Origin: an uncultured Eubacteriales bacterium
GTDB lineage: Bacteria; Bacillota; Clostridia; Christensenellales; UBA1242
Assembly (NCBI GenBank): GCA_902476355.1
Contig: CABSCS010000008.1
Location: 8,868 to 72,867, forward strand
Length of the DNA: 64,000 bases
Reading direction: 5' to 3'
Within the stretch, counting starts at the first letter, position 1; each line of letters begins with the position of its first letter. Of the stretch, positions 7,846 to 18,678 are shown one piece after another. The position numbers were made by a program, and so were the translations under genes. Below the pieces are notes generated by a model. The model saw only the letters and a program-made list of their open reading frames with translations. It was not told where the DNA came from and made no database searches.

Positions 7846-9072
7846 TTATCTGTTTTGAACAACAAAAATTGTTTTGTCGGTTGCTTGTTTGCGGTTGTTG
7901 CAGATGTTATATATGTTCGAACCTGCCTGGTTTTGCAAAACAAATGTTGCTTTTTCTTGTTCAAGTTTTTCAAGGTCTGAAAGACTTACAATAAGTTCGG
8001 CTTTAGAGGTTTTAATGAGTTCTGAAAGCCATTTTTTCTTTGAAGCGTTCACTGCAAGAACATTAATTGCATATGGCTTGAAAAGGGCTTTTGAAAAATC
8101 TTTTTTCACATTGAAGAGTGGAAGAAGTAAAAGTTTTGCAATTCTGCTTTTTCTGTAACACTTGCTGGAAAGAGCATTGCAAATTTGCCTTTGTGATGAA
8201 TAGAGATTCGAGTTGTTTTTCACGAGGTGGCTGAGGGCTGAGTTATAGTCAGCGAAAGTTTCAAGTTCTTTTGTTGAAAGGTCGCGAAGATGTTCAAGGA
8301 CAAGTGCGTCAAGTTTGATTTGGGCTTCGTTTGAAAATGTGCGATTTTTTAAACTTTCAAAAACATGAGATGGAACAAGGCGTTTTGTCTTTTTTGTTTT
8401 GCCAGAATAGGCAAGGCTTCTGATGAATGTTGCGTTCACGAGATATTTGGTTTTTCCAAAGATTCTTATGCGTTTTATTTTGTTTGTATTATATCCGCTG
8501 TCTTCACGGTTTATAAAAACTGGTTGGATGTTTAAATTGTGCTTATAGATTGCTGAAAGGTATTCGATTGCAAGAATATTATTTGGTTCGCTGAAAATTT
8601 CGTCAATTTCACTTTGCAAAGAAGGATAGGCTTGTTTATAGGTTTGAAGAAGAGCCATGCTGTAACTTTGACCCATTTTCATGAAAGAAACAATCATGTT
8701 TGAAATCTTTTTGTCTTCTTGGCATTTTAGTTTTGCGATTTTTATGAGGGAAGATGTTTCTTTCACTTTTACGCCAAATGCAAGAGAGTCTATTCCAAGG
8801 TCTGAGAGAATCTTTACTCCGCCAAGAGCAAAGAAAGGAGCAGATGAAAGTGTGAAACATTCAGGAAGTTCAAGAACAATGTCTGCGCCCGAAACAATTG
8901 CATGGCTGGCTCTTTCATATTTATCAAGAATTGCCATTTCTCCGCGCTGGGTGAAGTTTCCACTCATGATAACGGCAATGTTCGCGTTTGTTTGCTTTTT
9001 AACTTGTTTTAAAAAGTAGTCATGACCATTGGTCAGCGGGTTAAATTCGGCAATAATTCCACAAAGTTTCAT
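7846..9072 (-). CDS. tmcAL: tRNA(Met) cytidine acetate ligase (YlbM/UPF0348 nucleotidyltransferase family)
   Basis: N-terminus MKLCGIIAEFNPLTNGHDYF (HxGH-type nucleotidyltransferase motif). Start set at the ATG at 9072. Confidence 0.75.
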   Translation of the reverse strand: MKLCGIIAEFNPLTNGHDYFLKQVKKQTNANIAVIMSGNFTQRGEMAILDKYERASHAIVSGADIVLELPECFTLSSAPFFALGGVKILSDLGIDSLAFGVKVKETSSLIKIAKLKCQEDKKISNMIVSFMKMGQSYSMALLQTYKQAYPSLQSEIDEIFSEPNNILAIEYLSAIYKHNLNIQPVFINREDSGYNTNKIKRIRIFGKTKYLVNATFIRSLAYSGKTKKTKRLVPSHVFESLKNRTFSNEAQIKLDALVLEHLRDLSTKELETFADYNSALSHLVKNNSNLYSSQRQICNALSSKCYRKSRIAKLLLLPLFNVKKDFSKALFKPYAINVLAVNASKKKWLSELIKTSKAELIVSLSDLEKLEQEKATFVLQNQAGSNIYNICNNRKQATDKTIFVVQNR

Positions 9073-9170
9073 AAAAATCTCTCTCAAACATTTTATTTTT
9101 TTTGATATTTGTATTATAATAATTTTATTATAACTTATAAAAGTTGTTTTGGCAACGGGAGGATAGCATT

Positions 9171-10211
9171 TTGTTTGGCAAAAAACCAAAAGCAAACGAC
9201 ACTTTCAAGTATATAATAGAGAAAGCCTCTGGAACAGGAAAAACCATTGTTTTGCCAGAAGGCAATGATGATAGAGTGATTCAGGCAGCGGAAAGGGCTT
9301 CTTTGATGGGGCTTTGCAAAGTTGTTTTGATTGGAAACAAGATTTTGCTTAAAGATAAAATTTCTAAAAAGGCATTAAAGAACATTGAAATTATCGATGT
9401 TCAAAGTGAAACTCACCGCAGAGAGATGTATGCTCATTCGCTTTATGAACTTCGAAAAGAAAAGGGCATGACCGAAGAGCAGGCTCTTGAAACACTTAAA
9501 GATCCAATGTACTATGCAACAATGATGCTTCAAAGTGATGATGTTGATGGCGTTGTTGCTGGTGCGGTATACGCTTCGGCAGATGTAATGCGTCCTGCAT
9601 TTCAAATTATAAAAACAAGGTCGGGAATTTCAAAGGTTTCAAGTGCTTTCATCATGGAAATGCCACAAGGCTCTTCGCTTGGCGAAAACAACATGATGGT
9701 GTTTGCTGATTGTGCTGTTATTCCAGACCCAACTGACAAAGAACTTGCAGAAATTGCGGTTTTGTCTGCTCGTTTGGCAGATGATATTTGCTCAATGAAA
9801 CCAAAGGTTGCGCTTTTGTCTTTCACAACAAAAACCGACCCAGATGTTGCAAACGAAGACATTCAAAAGGTGAAAAGGGCATATAAACTTGCAAGAAGAA
9901 TGGATTCTTCAATTGTAATTGATGGCGAACTTCAAGCCGATGCAGCAATTGTTCCAGAAGTGTGCGACAAAAAATGCAAAGGCTCTTCACTTGGTGGAAA
10001 AGCAAATGTTTTGATTTTCCCAAACATTGATGCGGGCAACATTGCATATAAACTTGTTCAGCGTATTGCGGGTGTTCGTGCAGTTGGCCCAATTTTGCAG
10101 GGGCTTCGCAAACCAATAAACGACCTTTCAAGAGGTGCCAGTGCAGACGAAATTGTGCTTGCAATGGCAATTACTATTTTACAAACAAAAACAAGCATTA
10201 AAGGAGAATAA
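9171..10211 (+). CDS. pta: Phosphate acetyltransferase
   Basis: IVLPEGNDDRVIQAAE, VVAGAVYASADVMRPA, GPILQGLRKPINDLSRGA. TTG start 8 nt after the GGGAGG RBS is preferred over the upstream TTG at 9144. Confidence 0.85.
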   Translation: MFGKKPKANDTFKYIIEKASGTGKTIVLPEGNDDRVIQAAERASLMGLCKVVLIGNKILLKDKISKKALKNIEIIDVQSETHRREMYAHSLYELRKEKGMTEEQALETLKDPMYYATMMLQSDDVDGVVAGAVYASADVMRPAFQIIKTRSGISKVSSAFIMEMPQGSSLGENNMMVFADCAVIPDPTDKELAEIAVLSARLADDICSMKPKVALLSFTTKTDPDVANEDIQKVKRAYKLARRMDSSIVIDGELQADAAIVPEVCDKKCKGSSLGGKANVLIFPNIDAGNIAYKLVQRIAGVRAVGPILQGLRKPINDLSRGASADEIVLAMAITILQTKTSIKGE

Positions 10212-10212
10212 T

Positions 10213-11412
10213 ATGAGTAAAAGAATTTTAGTTATCAATGCTGGAAGCAGTAGTTTGAAATTTCAATTTATCGACACAGAAACCGAAGAGGTTTTTGCAA
10301 AAGGAAATGTTGAAAGAATCAATGAAGAAGGCTCTTTCCTTCGCTATAAAGCACACGGCAAAGAAACAATCAAAGACAGACCAATTTATAACCACACACA
10401 AGCAATGGAAATGGTTATCGACGCTTTGACAGACAAAGAAATTGGTGTTATCAAAAACGTAAACGAAATTGACGCATTTGGACACAGAGTTGTGAATGTT
10501 GGTGAGTCATATTTCGATCCATGCATCGTTACAAAGAAAATTTTGGAAGATTTCAAAACAAAAGTGGATTTTTCACCTCTTCATGTTCCTGGCGCAATTG
10601 CAGGAATCGAGGCTTGCATGAGCATTTGTCCAAAAACTCCAAATGTTGCTGTTTTTGACATTGGATTCCACAAATCAATGCCAGAATATGTATATCGCTA
10701 TGCAATTCCAACAAAATATTATGACGAATATAAAATCCGTCGCTATGGCGCACACGGAACCAGCCACTATTATGTGACACAAAGATGTGCAAGCCTTATG
10801 GGCAAAAAGCCAGAAGAACTCAACATCGTTTCTTGTCATATTGGAAGCGGTGCAAGCATTTGTGCTGTTAAAAACGGAAAAAGTTTTGACACTTCAATGG
10901 GATTCACTCCACTCGAAGGAATCATTATGAACACACGCTCGGGAGACATTGACCCAGCAGTTGTAGAATACATTTGCAACAAAGAGGGCAAAACAGTTTC
11001 AGAAGTTTTGACAATGCTCAACAAAAAGTCTGGTTTGTTTGGCCTTACAAACGGTGTTGCAGACATGCGTGACATTCTTGAAAACATGAACAGAGCCGAT
11101 GTTAAACTTGCTTTCGACATGTATTGTCACAGAATCAAAAAATATATCTGCTCATATTTCGGAATTTTGGGTGGGGCAGACGCAATTGTGTTTACTGCTG
11201 GTTGCGGTGAGCACACACCAGAACTTCGTGAGGCTGTTACAAATGGTCTTGAATTTCTTGGAATTAAAGTTGACCATGGCAAAAACTTTGGCGCAAAACG
11301 TGGTGAAGAATGCGAGATTTCTTCGGCTGACAGCAAGGTTAAAGTGTTCATTATTCCAACAAACGAAGAACTTGTAATCGCACAAGAAACCGAAAAATTG
11401 CTAAAAAAGTAA
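10213..11412 (+). CDS. ackA: Acetate kinase
   Basis: ILVINAGSSSLKF, FGHRVVNVG, RYGAHGTSH, CHIGSGASI. RBS AAGGAG upstream. Confidence 0.9.
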   Translation: MSKRILVINAGSSSLKFQFIDTETEEVFAKGNVERINEEGSFLRYKAHGKETIKDRPIYNHTQAMEMVIDALTDKEIGVIKNVNEIDAFGHRVVNVGESYFDPCIVTKKILEDFKTKVDFSPLHVPGAIAGIEACMSICPKTPNVAVFDIGFHKSMPEYVYRYAIPTKYYDEYKIRRYGAHGTSHYYVTQRCASLMGKKPEELNIVSCHIGSGASICAVKNGKSFDTSMGFTPLEGIIMNTRSGDIDPAVVEYICNKEGKTVSEVLTMLNKKSGLFGLTNGVADMRDILENMNRADVKLAFDMYCHRIKKYICSYFGILGGADAIVFTAGCGEHTPELREAVTNGLEFLGIKVDHGKNFGAKRGEECEISSADSKVKVFIIPTNEELVIAQETEKLLKK

Positions 11413-11484
11413 GATTATTTCAAATTTCATTGACAAAATGACTGTTTTAATATATACTTTTTTAGTGCTTGTAAAGGGGACACT

Positions 11485-12000
11485 ATGACTGAACTTGAAT
11501 TTTCACAGGCTCTTGAAACTCCAATGAAAGAGTTTCACTATAACTTTTCATTTTCGCCAAACATTCCTGAAAGTGCTTTTGCACCAAACAAAATTGTTGG
11601 CAACGCATCTGTTCAAATGGTTTATTTTGTAGACTTTGACAGCATTTTGCATTTGAAAGGAAATTTGAGAGTTCTTTGTGAGTTCGTTTGTGACAGATGT
11701 GCTTCAAATTTTGAAAGAAACTTGTTTCTTGAATTTGATGAAAAAATCTATCCAAGTTCAGAAGATGATAGCGAAGACCTTTTATATGACATGCCACACA
11801 TTATGCTTGATAAAATCTTTTCAGATTTCATCATTCTAAATTTTCCTTCAAGGGTTCTTTGCAAGGAAGATTGCAAGGGGATTTGTCCAACTTGCGGTGC
11901 AAATTTGAATGATGGAGAGTGTGAGTGCTCGGCAAACAAAATTGGGAAAAATAATCCATTCGCGGAGTTATTTAAAAGTAAATTAGGAGGGAAAAAGTAA
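11485..12000 (+). CDS. yceD: YceD/DUF177 large-subunit rRNA accumulation protein
   Basis: C-terminal CKEDCKGICPTCGANLNDGECEC motif. Sits immediately upstream of rpmF, as is typical. Confidence 0.8.
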   Translation: MTELEFSQALETPMKEFHYNFSFSPNIPESAFAPNKIVGNASVQMVYFVDFDSILHLKGNLRVLCEFVCDRCASNFERNLFLEFDEKIYPSSEDDSEDLLYDMPHIMLDKIFSDFIILNFPSRVLCKEDCKGICPTCGANLNDGECECSANKIGKNNPFAELFKSKLGGKK

Positions 12001-12191
12001 TGGCAGTTCCAAAACATAAAGTATCTAAATCAGCAGGCAGAAGCAGAGTTGCAAACTGGAAAGCAACCGCTCCAACACTTGCAGAATGCCCACAATGTCA
12101 CACATTGAAAGCATCTCATGCAGTTTGCCCAGAATGCGGATATTATAATGGTGAGAAAAAGATGCTTGTTAAGGCAGACGAAAAAAAATAA
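12000..12191 (+). CDS. rpmF: 50S ribosomal protein L32
   Basis: MAVPKHKVSKSAGRSR..., zinc-ribbon CPQC...CPEC. Confidence 0.9.
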   Translation: MAVPKHKVSKSAGRSRVANWKATAPTLAECPQCHTLKASHAVCPECGYYNGEKKMLVKADEKK

Positions 12192-12225
12192 GCCTTGCTT
12201 TTTCTTTGAACCATAAGAAACATTA

Positions 12226-12257
12226 AACAACACTATAAAATAGTGTTGTTTTTTTTC
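12226..12257 (+). terminator. Rho-independent terminator after rpmF
   Basis: AACAACACTA-taaaa-TAGTGTTGTT followed by T7. Confidence 0.8.
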
Positions 12258-12354
12258 ATTTTTGCTGAAAAATCTTCATATTGATTTGCTCTTTCATGTT
12301 CATTTGTTATATAATAATTTTGTATAAGTATGCATAAATTTGGAGGACTTTATT

Positions 12355-13362
12355 TTGAAAATTGCAATTGATGCTTTTGGTGGCGACAATGCACCACTTG
12401 AAATTGTGAAAGGGGCAATCACTTCGGTGAACCTTATTGATGATGTTGAAATTGTTTTGGTTGGAGATGAAACCAAAATTAAAGATATTTTGAATGAATA
12501 TGGCTATAAAGGAAACAAGATTGAAATCTTGCACGCAACCGAGGTGATAACAAACGAAGAATCACCAACTGCTGCAATCAGAACAAAGAAAAACAGCAGT
12601 ATTGTTGTTGGTCTTAATGCTTTGAAAGAAAGAGAGGACATTGTGGGTTTCATCAGTGCCGGAAGCACTGGCGCTGTTCTTGCGGGTGGAACATTTATTG
12701 TTGGAAGAATGCCAAATGTTTTGCGCCCAGCACTTGCACCTGTTTTGCCAACTGTAAAGGGAACTGAAACAATGCTTATCGACTCTGGCGCAAACGTAGA
12801 CTGCAAACCAGAATATCTTGTTCAATTTGCAAAAATGGGAACAGCATATTTCAGAAGCATGAAAAACATTGAAAATCCAAAAGTTGCACTTTTGAACATT
12901 GGCGCAGAAAACAAAAAAGGAAATGCTCTCACACACGAGGCTTTTGAACTTTTGCAAAACGAAAAATCCATCAATTTCGTTGGAAACGTTGAAGCAAGAG
13001 ATTTGCTTGCTGGCGATGTTGACATTATTGTTGCCGATGGCTTTTCCGGAAACATTGCTCTTAAAGCATCAGAAGGTGCAATTCTCAATTTGATGAAAAT
13101 TTTGAAAAGTGAAATAAATAATGCTTCACTTTTTGCAAAAATGGGTGCGGGAATGATGAAACCAGTTTTCAGAAATCTTAAAACTCATTTTGACTATAAC
13201 AAACTTGGTGGTTCTGCATTTGTTGGAATCAAAAAGATTGTTTTCAAAACACATGGAACTTGCAAGGCAGAAACACTTCTTTCTTGCGTTCGCCAAGTGA
13301 AAGACATTTATAATAGCGGATTCATTTCAAAACTTGAAGAATCTTTTAGTCAGGAGCAGTAA
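12355..13362 (+). CDS. plsX: Phosphate acyltransferase PlsX
   Basis: KIAIDAFGGDNAP, SAGSTGAVLA, ADGFSGNIALK. TTG start 8 nt after the GGAGG RBS. Confidence 0.9.
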   Translation: MKIAIDAFGGDNAPLEIVKGAITSVNLIDDVEIVLVGDETKIKDILNEYGYKGNKIEILHATEVITNEESPTAAIRTKKNSSIVVGLNALKEREDIVGFISAGSTGAVLAGGTFIVGRMPNVLRPALAPVLPTVKGTETMLIDSGANVDCKPEYLVQFAKMGTAYFRSMKNIENPKVALLNIGAENKKGNALTHEAFELLQNEKSINFVGNVEARDLLAGDVDIIVADGFSGNIALKASEGAILNLMKILKSEINNASLFAKMGAGMMKPVFRNLKTHFDYNKLGGSAFVGIKKIVFKTHGTCKAETLLSCVRQVKDIYNSGFISKLEESFSQEQ

Positions 13363-14024
13363 TGGAAGATTTCAAAAAGGTTGAAGAAATTGTTGGTCAT
13401 TCATATAAAGACAAAAACCTTCTTAAAAATGCATTTATTCATTCGAGTTATACAAACGAACACAAAGTTCGCTCAAATGAAAGGTTGGAATTTTTGGGAG
13501 ACAGCGTTTTGTCTGTAATTGTGACCGATGAAATATATCATAAATATCGCAAGAACGAGGGCGACCTTTCCAAAATTCGTGCCTCTCTTGTAAGCGAAAA
13601 ATCATTATCTTTCATTTTTGATGGTCTTGGACTTACAAAGTTTTTGCTTTGTGGAGAGGCTTTCAAAAACAAAGCACCAACTGTTGCAATGCAGGCTGAT
13701 GCAATGGAAGCACTGATTGCGTCGCTTTATCTTGACGCTGGTCTTGAAAAGGCAAGAGAGTTTGTTTTGAGCGTGATGAGTGAGTCACTAAAAGGAATCA
13801 GCACTCATGGCGTTCCAGACAGTTATAAATCTCTTTTGCAAGAAAAATTTAAAAATGCAAAAATTGTATATCAATTTTCAACTGTTGGAGAAGGTGAAGA
13901 AAAAACCTATACTTCAAAGGTGTTTATAAATGGTGTTATGTCTGGCATAGGTGTTTCGAGCAAAAAGCGTGAAGCCGAGGAAATTGCTGCACAAAAGGCA
14001 CTTGAAAGTGTTAAAAAGATTTAA
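13362..14024 (+). CDS. rnc: Ribonuclease III
   Basis: Signature ERLEFLGDSVL, DAMEALIASLYLD, C-terminal dsRBD. Confidence 0.9.
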   Translation: MEDFKKVEEIVGHSYKDKNLLKNAFIHSSYTNEHKVRSNERLEFLGDSVLSVIVTDEIYHKYRKNEGDLSKIRASLVSEKSLSFIFDGLGLTKFLLCGEAFKNKAPTVAMQADAMEALIASLYLDAGLEKAREFVLSVMSESLKGISTHGVPDSYKSLLQEKFKNAKIVYQFSTVGEGEEKTYTSKVFINGVMSGIGVSSKKREAEEIAAQKALESVKKI

Positions 14025-14041
14025 TATAGGAAAGAACAAAA

Positions 14042-17000
14042 ATGAAATTTAAAGAACTTGACATTTATGGTTTCAAATCATTTGCAGACAAACTTGAAGT
14101 GAAGTTTGAGGCCGGAATAACTGGAATTGTTGGCCCAAATGGTTGCGGAAAAAGTAACGTTGCCGACTCAATTCGTTGGGTTATGGGTGAACAAAGTGCA
14201 AAGTCTCTTCGTGGCGCAAGCATGCAAGATGTTATCTTCAATGGAACAGAGGCAAGAAAGCCTCAGTCTTTTTGCGAAGTTTCTTTGATTTTTGACAACT
14301 CAACAAAGATTTTTCCGGTTGACTATGACGAAGTTGTTTTGACAAGAAAACTCTATCGTTCGGGCGAAAGTGAATATCTCATCAACAAAAATCCATGCCG
14401 TTTGAAAGACATCACAGACATTTTGCACGATTCTGGTCTTGGAAAAGAAAGTTATTGCGTGATTGGACAAGGTAAAATTGACAGCCTTCTTTCTGCAAAA
14501 CCAGAAGAACGTCGTTCAGTTTTTGAAGAGGCTGCCGGAATTTCTAAATTCAAAAATCGAAAGATTGAGGCCGAAAGAAAACTTGAAAGAACAAGAGACA
14601 ACCTTACTCGTTTATATGACATTATTTCTGAACTTGAAAACCGTTTGGGGCCTCTTACAAAGCAATCTGAAAATGCGAAAAAATTTCTTGAACTTCGTGA
14701 CAGACTTAAAAATCTTGAACTTAACATTTATGTTTATCAATATGATAACGCTGCAACAAATAAGGCTCAAATCAACGAAAAACTTGATGCAATCAACGAA
14801 GAACTTGAACTTAAAACTGCTGATTTTGAAAAGGCTGTGAATGCTTTTAACAATTGCTCACAAAAAATTCAAGACCTTGACAAAAACATTGAGCAACTTC
14901 GTGATGAACTTTTGAACCTTACTGTTGGACTTGAAAAAAAGTCTGGCGAAGCAAAACTTTTGCAAGAAAAAATTGCAAACCTTAAAACTTCAAGCGACAA
15001 ACTTGATTCAGACATTAAACAAGACGAAATCTTGCGTGATTCTATTGCGTGTGCACTTGAAGAAAAGAAAAAATCTTTGGCACTTCAAAACACAATGCTA
15101 GAAGAACTTGAAAAGCAAAGTGAAAAGATAAATGATGAATATCTCGAAGTTGCAGATCGCCTTTTGGTTGGTGAAAAACAAGCAGAAGAGCAAGAGGGCG
15201 AAATTTATAGCACTCTTGAATCTCTTGGTGATGTTAAGAGTAACCTTTCATCAATCAAAACCGAAAAGCAAGCACTTTTAGACAAGAAAGTGGAAGTTGA
15301 AAACCGCCAAAAAGAACTTTCAAATGCAATTGCTTCTTTGAATGACGAACTTGCAAATGGTCAAAAATTGTTTGGTGAAACTCAAAAAACAATTGATGAA
15401 CTCAAAGAAAATCAACAAGCAATGATAGACAAGCAACAAGACCTTGAAAACAAAAATGTTTTGATTGCTCGCACTCTTGATGACAAGAAAATAGACTATC
15501 ATGCAAAACTCTCTCGTGCAAAGGTTCTTCAAGAAATGCAAGAAGACAACGAGGGATATATCATTTCTGTTAAAAGACTTTTGGAACAATCTAAAACAAA
15601 CTCAACTCTTGGTGGAATGATTGTTGGTGTTGTTGCAAAACTTATGAAAGTTCCAGAGAAACTTGAAACTGCAATTGAAATGGCGCTTGGTGCATCTGTT
15701 CAAAACATTGTCACAAAAAATGAAGAAGATGCAAAATATATTGTCAACTATTTAAAGCAAAATCGCTATGGAAGAGCAACATTTTTGCCAATTTCAAGTG
15801 TGAAAGAGCGCAGTGTTCCAGATTTTGTGAAAGCAAAACTCAACACACGTGGTGTTCTTGGAATTGCAAATGAACTTATTTCATATGACAAAAAACTTGA
15901 CCCAATTTTCAAGCATTTGCTTGGCGGAACAGTGATTGTTGACAATCTTGACAACGCTGTTGAAATTGCAAAAGCAACATCATATACAACAAAACTTGTA
16001 ACACTTGATGGAGATATCATCAACCCACAAGGTTCAATTTCTGGTGGTTCAAAGAAAGAAAACACAACCAATCTTATTGGTCGTGAACGTGAAATTGAAG
16101 ACCTTAACAAAGCCCTTGAAATTGAAAAAGAAGAAGTTCGTGTACTTCTTGAAAAACAACAAAAATGCAATGCACTTATTGCTGAAAACAATGATAAACT
16201 TATCAAAATTGGTGAGCAAATTCATGAAAAAGAAGTTGAAAGTGCAAAGCAAACTGAAAACATATATCGCATAGAAGACACAATTGCTCTTCAAGAACGT
16301 GAAAAAAGAAGCACAGATTTTTCACTTGAAACCATTCTTGACCGTCTTGATGCTTTGGAAACCGCACTTGCAAAAGTTGCATCCGAAGAAAGAGAAATGA
16401 CCGACAAGAAGGAAGAAGCAAGTGCAACAAAGCGTAAAGAGAACAGCCGTTTTGACCTTCTTCGTAAACAACGCGAAACTCTTTATGACACTTTGACCGA
16501 ACTTAAAGTTAAAATTGCTTCGGGAACAACAAACAAATCATCGCTTGAAAATGAAATTGAGCGTTTTGAAACACAAATTGCAGACAGTAATGTCCGTTCT
16601 CGCGAGAATAAACTTGAATATCAAAAACAACTTACTCTTATAAGCGAACTTCAAAGTTCTCTTGATTCACTTATGCAAGAATCTGCATATAAAGGAAACA
16701 TGGACGCACTTCGTGATGTTCGTGACAAACTTGCAAGTCTTGACCAAGTGAAAGTTCAAATGCAAGTTGAAATGAACGATGCTGACCAAAAGAAAATGTC
16801 ACTTTCAACCGAAATTCAAAGAGCAAGTGACAAGAAAACCAAAGAAGAAATGAACCTTGCAAAAATTGACACCGACATTGAAACAATGCAAGAACGTGTT
16901 TGGGAAGAATATAACATGACCTATGCAAACGCTGCCGAGTTCAAATTGCCAGAGTTCAATCTTTCAGAAGGCTTGGCGGAATCTGCAAAAATCAAAAAAC

Positions 17001-17641
17001 AAATTTCTGCACTTGGCTATGTAAACGTTGCCGCAATTGAGGAACTTAAAGAGGTTACAAGCCGATATGAAGACCTTACAACCCAACGTGACGACCTTAA
17101 AAATGCAGAAAATGATTTGCTCAAAATCATCAAAGAACTTACAACCGAAATGGAGTCTAAGTTCAAAACACAATTTGACCAAATCAACACTAACTTCCAA
17201 AAAACATTCAGAGAGTTGTTTGGTGGTGGTCGTGCGGAACTTCGTCTTGACCAAACCGAAGAGGCAAGTCTTCTTGAATGCGGAATTGACATTATTGCAG
17301 AGCCACCTGGAAAGAAACTTCAAAGCATCACTTTGCTTTCTGGTGGTGAAAAGGCGCTTACTGCTGTTGCAATTTTGTTTGCAATTTTGAAACTTCGTCC
17401 AATGCCTTTCTGCGTTCTTGACGAAATTGAAGCCGCTCTTGACGATGCGAACGTTGAGCGCTTTGCAAAATATCTTAAAAATTTCAGTTCAGACACACAA
17501 TTTATTGTTATCACACACAGAAAGCCAACAATGGAACTTGCCGACTGTCTCTATGGTGTAACCATGGAAGAAAAGGGTGTTTCAAAAATGGTTTCAGTAA
17601 AATTGAGTGACGCTGTTAAAAATTCAACCGAAGGAGCATAA
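14042..17641 (+). CDS. smc: Chromosome partition protein SMC
   Basis: Walker A GPNGCGKSN, long coiled coils, hinge, LSGGEKALTA signature, Walker B CVLDEIEAALD. 1199 aa. Confidence 0.95.
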   Translation: MKFKELDIYGFKSFADKLEVKFEAGITGIVGPNGCGKSNVADSIRWVMGEQSAKSLRGASMQDVIFNGTEARKPQSFCEVSLIFDNSTKIFPVDYDEVVLTRKLYRSGESEYLINKNPCRLKDITDILHDSGLGKESYCVIGQGKIDSLLSAKPEERRSVFEEAAGISKFKNRKIEAERKLERTRDNLTRLYDIISELENRLGPLTKQSENAKKFLELRDRLKNLELNIYVYQYDNAATNKAQINEKLDAINEELELKTADFEKAVNAFNNCSQKIQDLDKNIEQLRDELLNLTVGLEKKSGEAKLLQEKIANLKTSSDKLDSDIKQDEILRDSIACALEEKKKSLALQNTMLEELEKQSEKINDEYLEVADRLLVGEKQAEEQEGEIYSTLESLGDVKSNLSSIKTEKQALLDKKVEVENRQKELSNAIASLNDELANGQKLFGETQKTIDELKENQQAMIDKQQDLENKNVLIARTLDDKKIDYHAKLSRAKVLQEMQEDNEGYIISVKRLLEQSKTNSTLGGMIVGVVAKLMKVPEKLETAIEMALGASVQNIVTKNEEDAKYIVNYLKQNRYGRATFLPISSVKERSVPDFVKAKLNTRGVLGIANELISYDKKLDPIFKHLLGGTVIVDNLDNAVEIAKATSYTTKLVTLDGDIINPQGSISGGSKKENTTNLIGREREIEDLNKALEIEKEEVRVLLEKQQKCNALIAENNDKLIKIGEQIHEKEVESAKQTENIYRIEDTIALQEREKRSTDFSLETILDRLDALETALAKVASEEREMTDKKEEASATKRKENSRFDLLRKQRETLYDTLTELKVKIASGTTNKSSLENEIERFETQIADSNVRSRENKLEYQKQLTLISELQSSLDSLMQESAYKGNMDALRDVRDKLASLDQVKVQMQVEMNDADQKKMSLSTEIQRASDKKTKEEMNLAKIDTDIETMQERVWEEYNMTYANAAEFKLPEFNLSEGLAESAKIKKQISALGYVNVAAIEELKEVTSRYEDLTTQRDDLKNAENDLLKIIKELTTEMESKFKTQFDQINTNFQKTFRELFGGGRAELRLDQTEEASLLECGIDIIAEPPGKKLQSITLLSGGEKALTAVAILFAILKLRPMPFCVLDEIEAALDDANVERFAKYLKNFSSDTQFIVITHRKPTMELADCLYGVTMEEKGVSKMVSVKLSDAVKNSTEGA

Positions 17642-17642
17642 A

Positions 17643-18542
17643 ATGGGATTTTGGTCTAGACTTTTCGAAGGAATGAAAAAAACAAAAAAATCATTTTCAG
17701 AAAAACTCAAATATATTTTCACCGGAAATGACATTGATGAAGATTTCTTTGAAGAACTCGAATTTTGCTTGATTTCTGCCGACATTGGTGCAGACACAAC
17801 CGAATATATTCTTGACGAAATTCGTAAAGAAGCAAAAAAACTCAAACTTAAAACAACCGATCAGTGCAAAGACCTTTTAAAGAAAACAATGCAGTCGATT
17901 TTGGATAAAAATCAACCAGAGCCATATCAATATCCATGTGTAATCATGGTTATTGGTGTGAATGGGGTTGGGAAAACAACAACTCTTGGAAAACTTGCAA
18001 AAAAGTTTACAGACGAGGGCAAAAAAGTTGTTCTTGCTGCTGCCGACACGTTCAGAGCGGCTGCTTCTGACCAACTTGAAATTTGGGCGAACCGTGCAAA
18101 AGTTAAAATTGTAACAAATGAGCAGGGTGCAGACCCAGGAGCTGTTGTTTATGACAGCATTCAAGCGGCAAAAGCAAGAAATGCAGATGTTCTGCTTATC
18201 GACACCGCAGGACGACTTCACAATAAAGTGAATTTGATGGAAGAACTCAAAAAGATTTCAAGAGTTGTTCAAAAAGAATTTCCAGAAGCAGAATATCACA
18301 AAATGATTGTTGTTGATGGCACAACTGGTCAAAACTCACTCAGTCAAGTTGAACTTTTCAACGAGGCGGTTGGACTTACAGATGTAACAAACACCAAACT
18401 TGACGGAACAAGCAAAGGTGGCTTTTTGGTTGCACTTGCGAACGATTTTGATGTTCAAATTCGCTATGTCGGTGTTGGTGAGTCTGCCGAAGATTTGATA
18501 GATTTCGATAGCAAAGAATTTGTTGATTCTATCATTGAATAG
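17643..18542 (+). CDS. ftsY: Signal recognition particle receptor FtsY
   Basis: [29 protein letters not shown]. Start set at MGFWSRLF. Confidence 0.9.
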   Translation: MGFWSRLFEGMKKTKKSFSEKLKYIFTGNDIDEDFFEELEFCLISADIGADTTEYILDEIRKEAKKLKLKTTDQCKDLLKKTMQSILDKNQPEPYQYPCVIMVIGVNGVGKTTTLGKLAKKFTDEGKKVVLAAADTFRAAASDQLEIWANRAKVKIVTNEQGADPGAVVYDSIQAAKARNADVLLIDTAGRLHNKVNLMEELKKISRVVQKEFPEAEYHKMIVVDGTTGQNSLSQVELFNEAVGLTDVTNTKLDGTSKGGFLVALANDFDVQIRYVGVGESAEDLIDFDSKEFVDSIIE

Positions 18543-18602
18543 TTTTTTGTTTGATTATTATATAATAATCCATAAAAAGCAATAAAAATCTATAAAATTA
18601 TA

Positions 18603-18631
18603 TTGACAAAATGCGTGAAAAATAATATACT
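18603..18631 (+). promoter_or_regulatory. Sigma-A promoter for ylxM-ffh
   Basis: TTGACA (18603-18608), 17-nt spacer, TATACT (18626-18631). Confidence 0.6.
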
Positions 18632-18678
18632 TGTAAAGTAAATTTGCTTTACACAATAATTTTTCATTTGAAGGTGTT

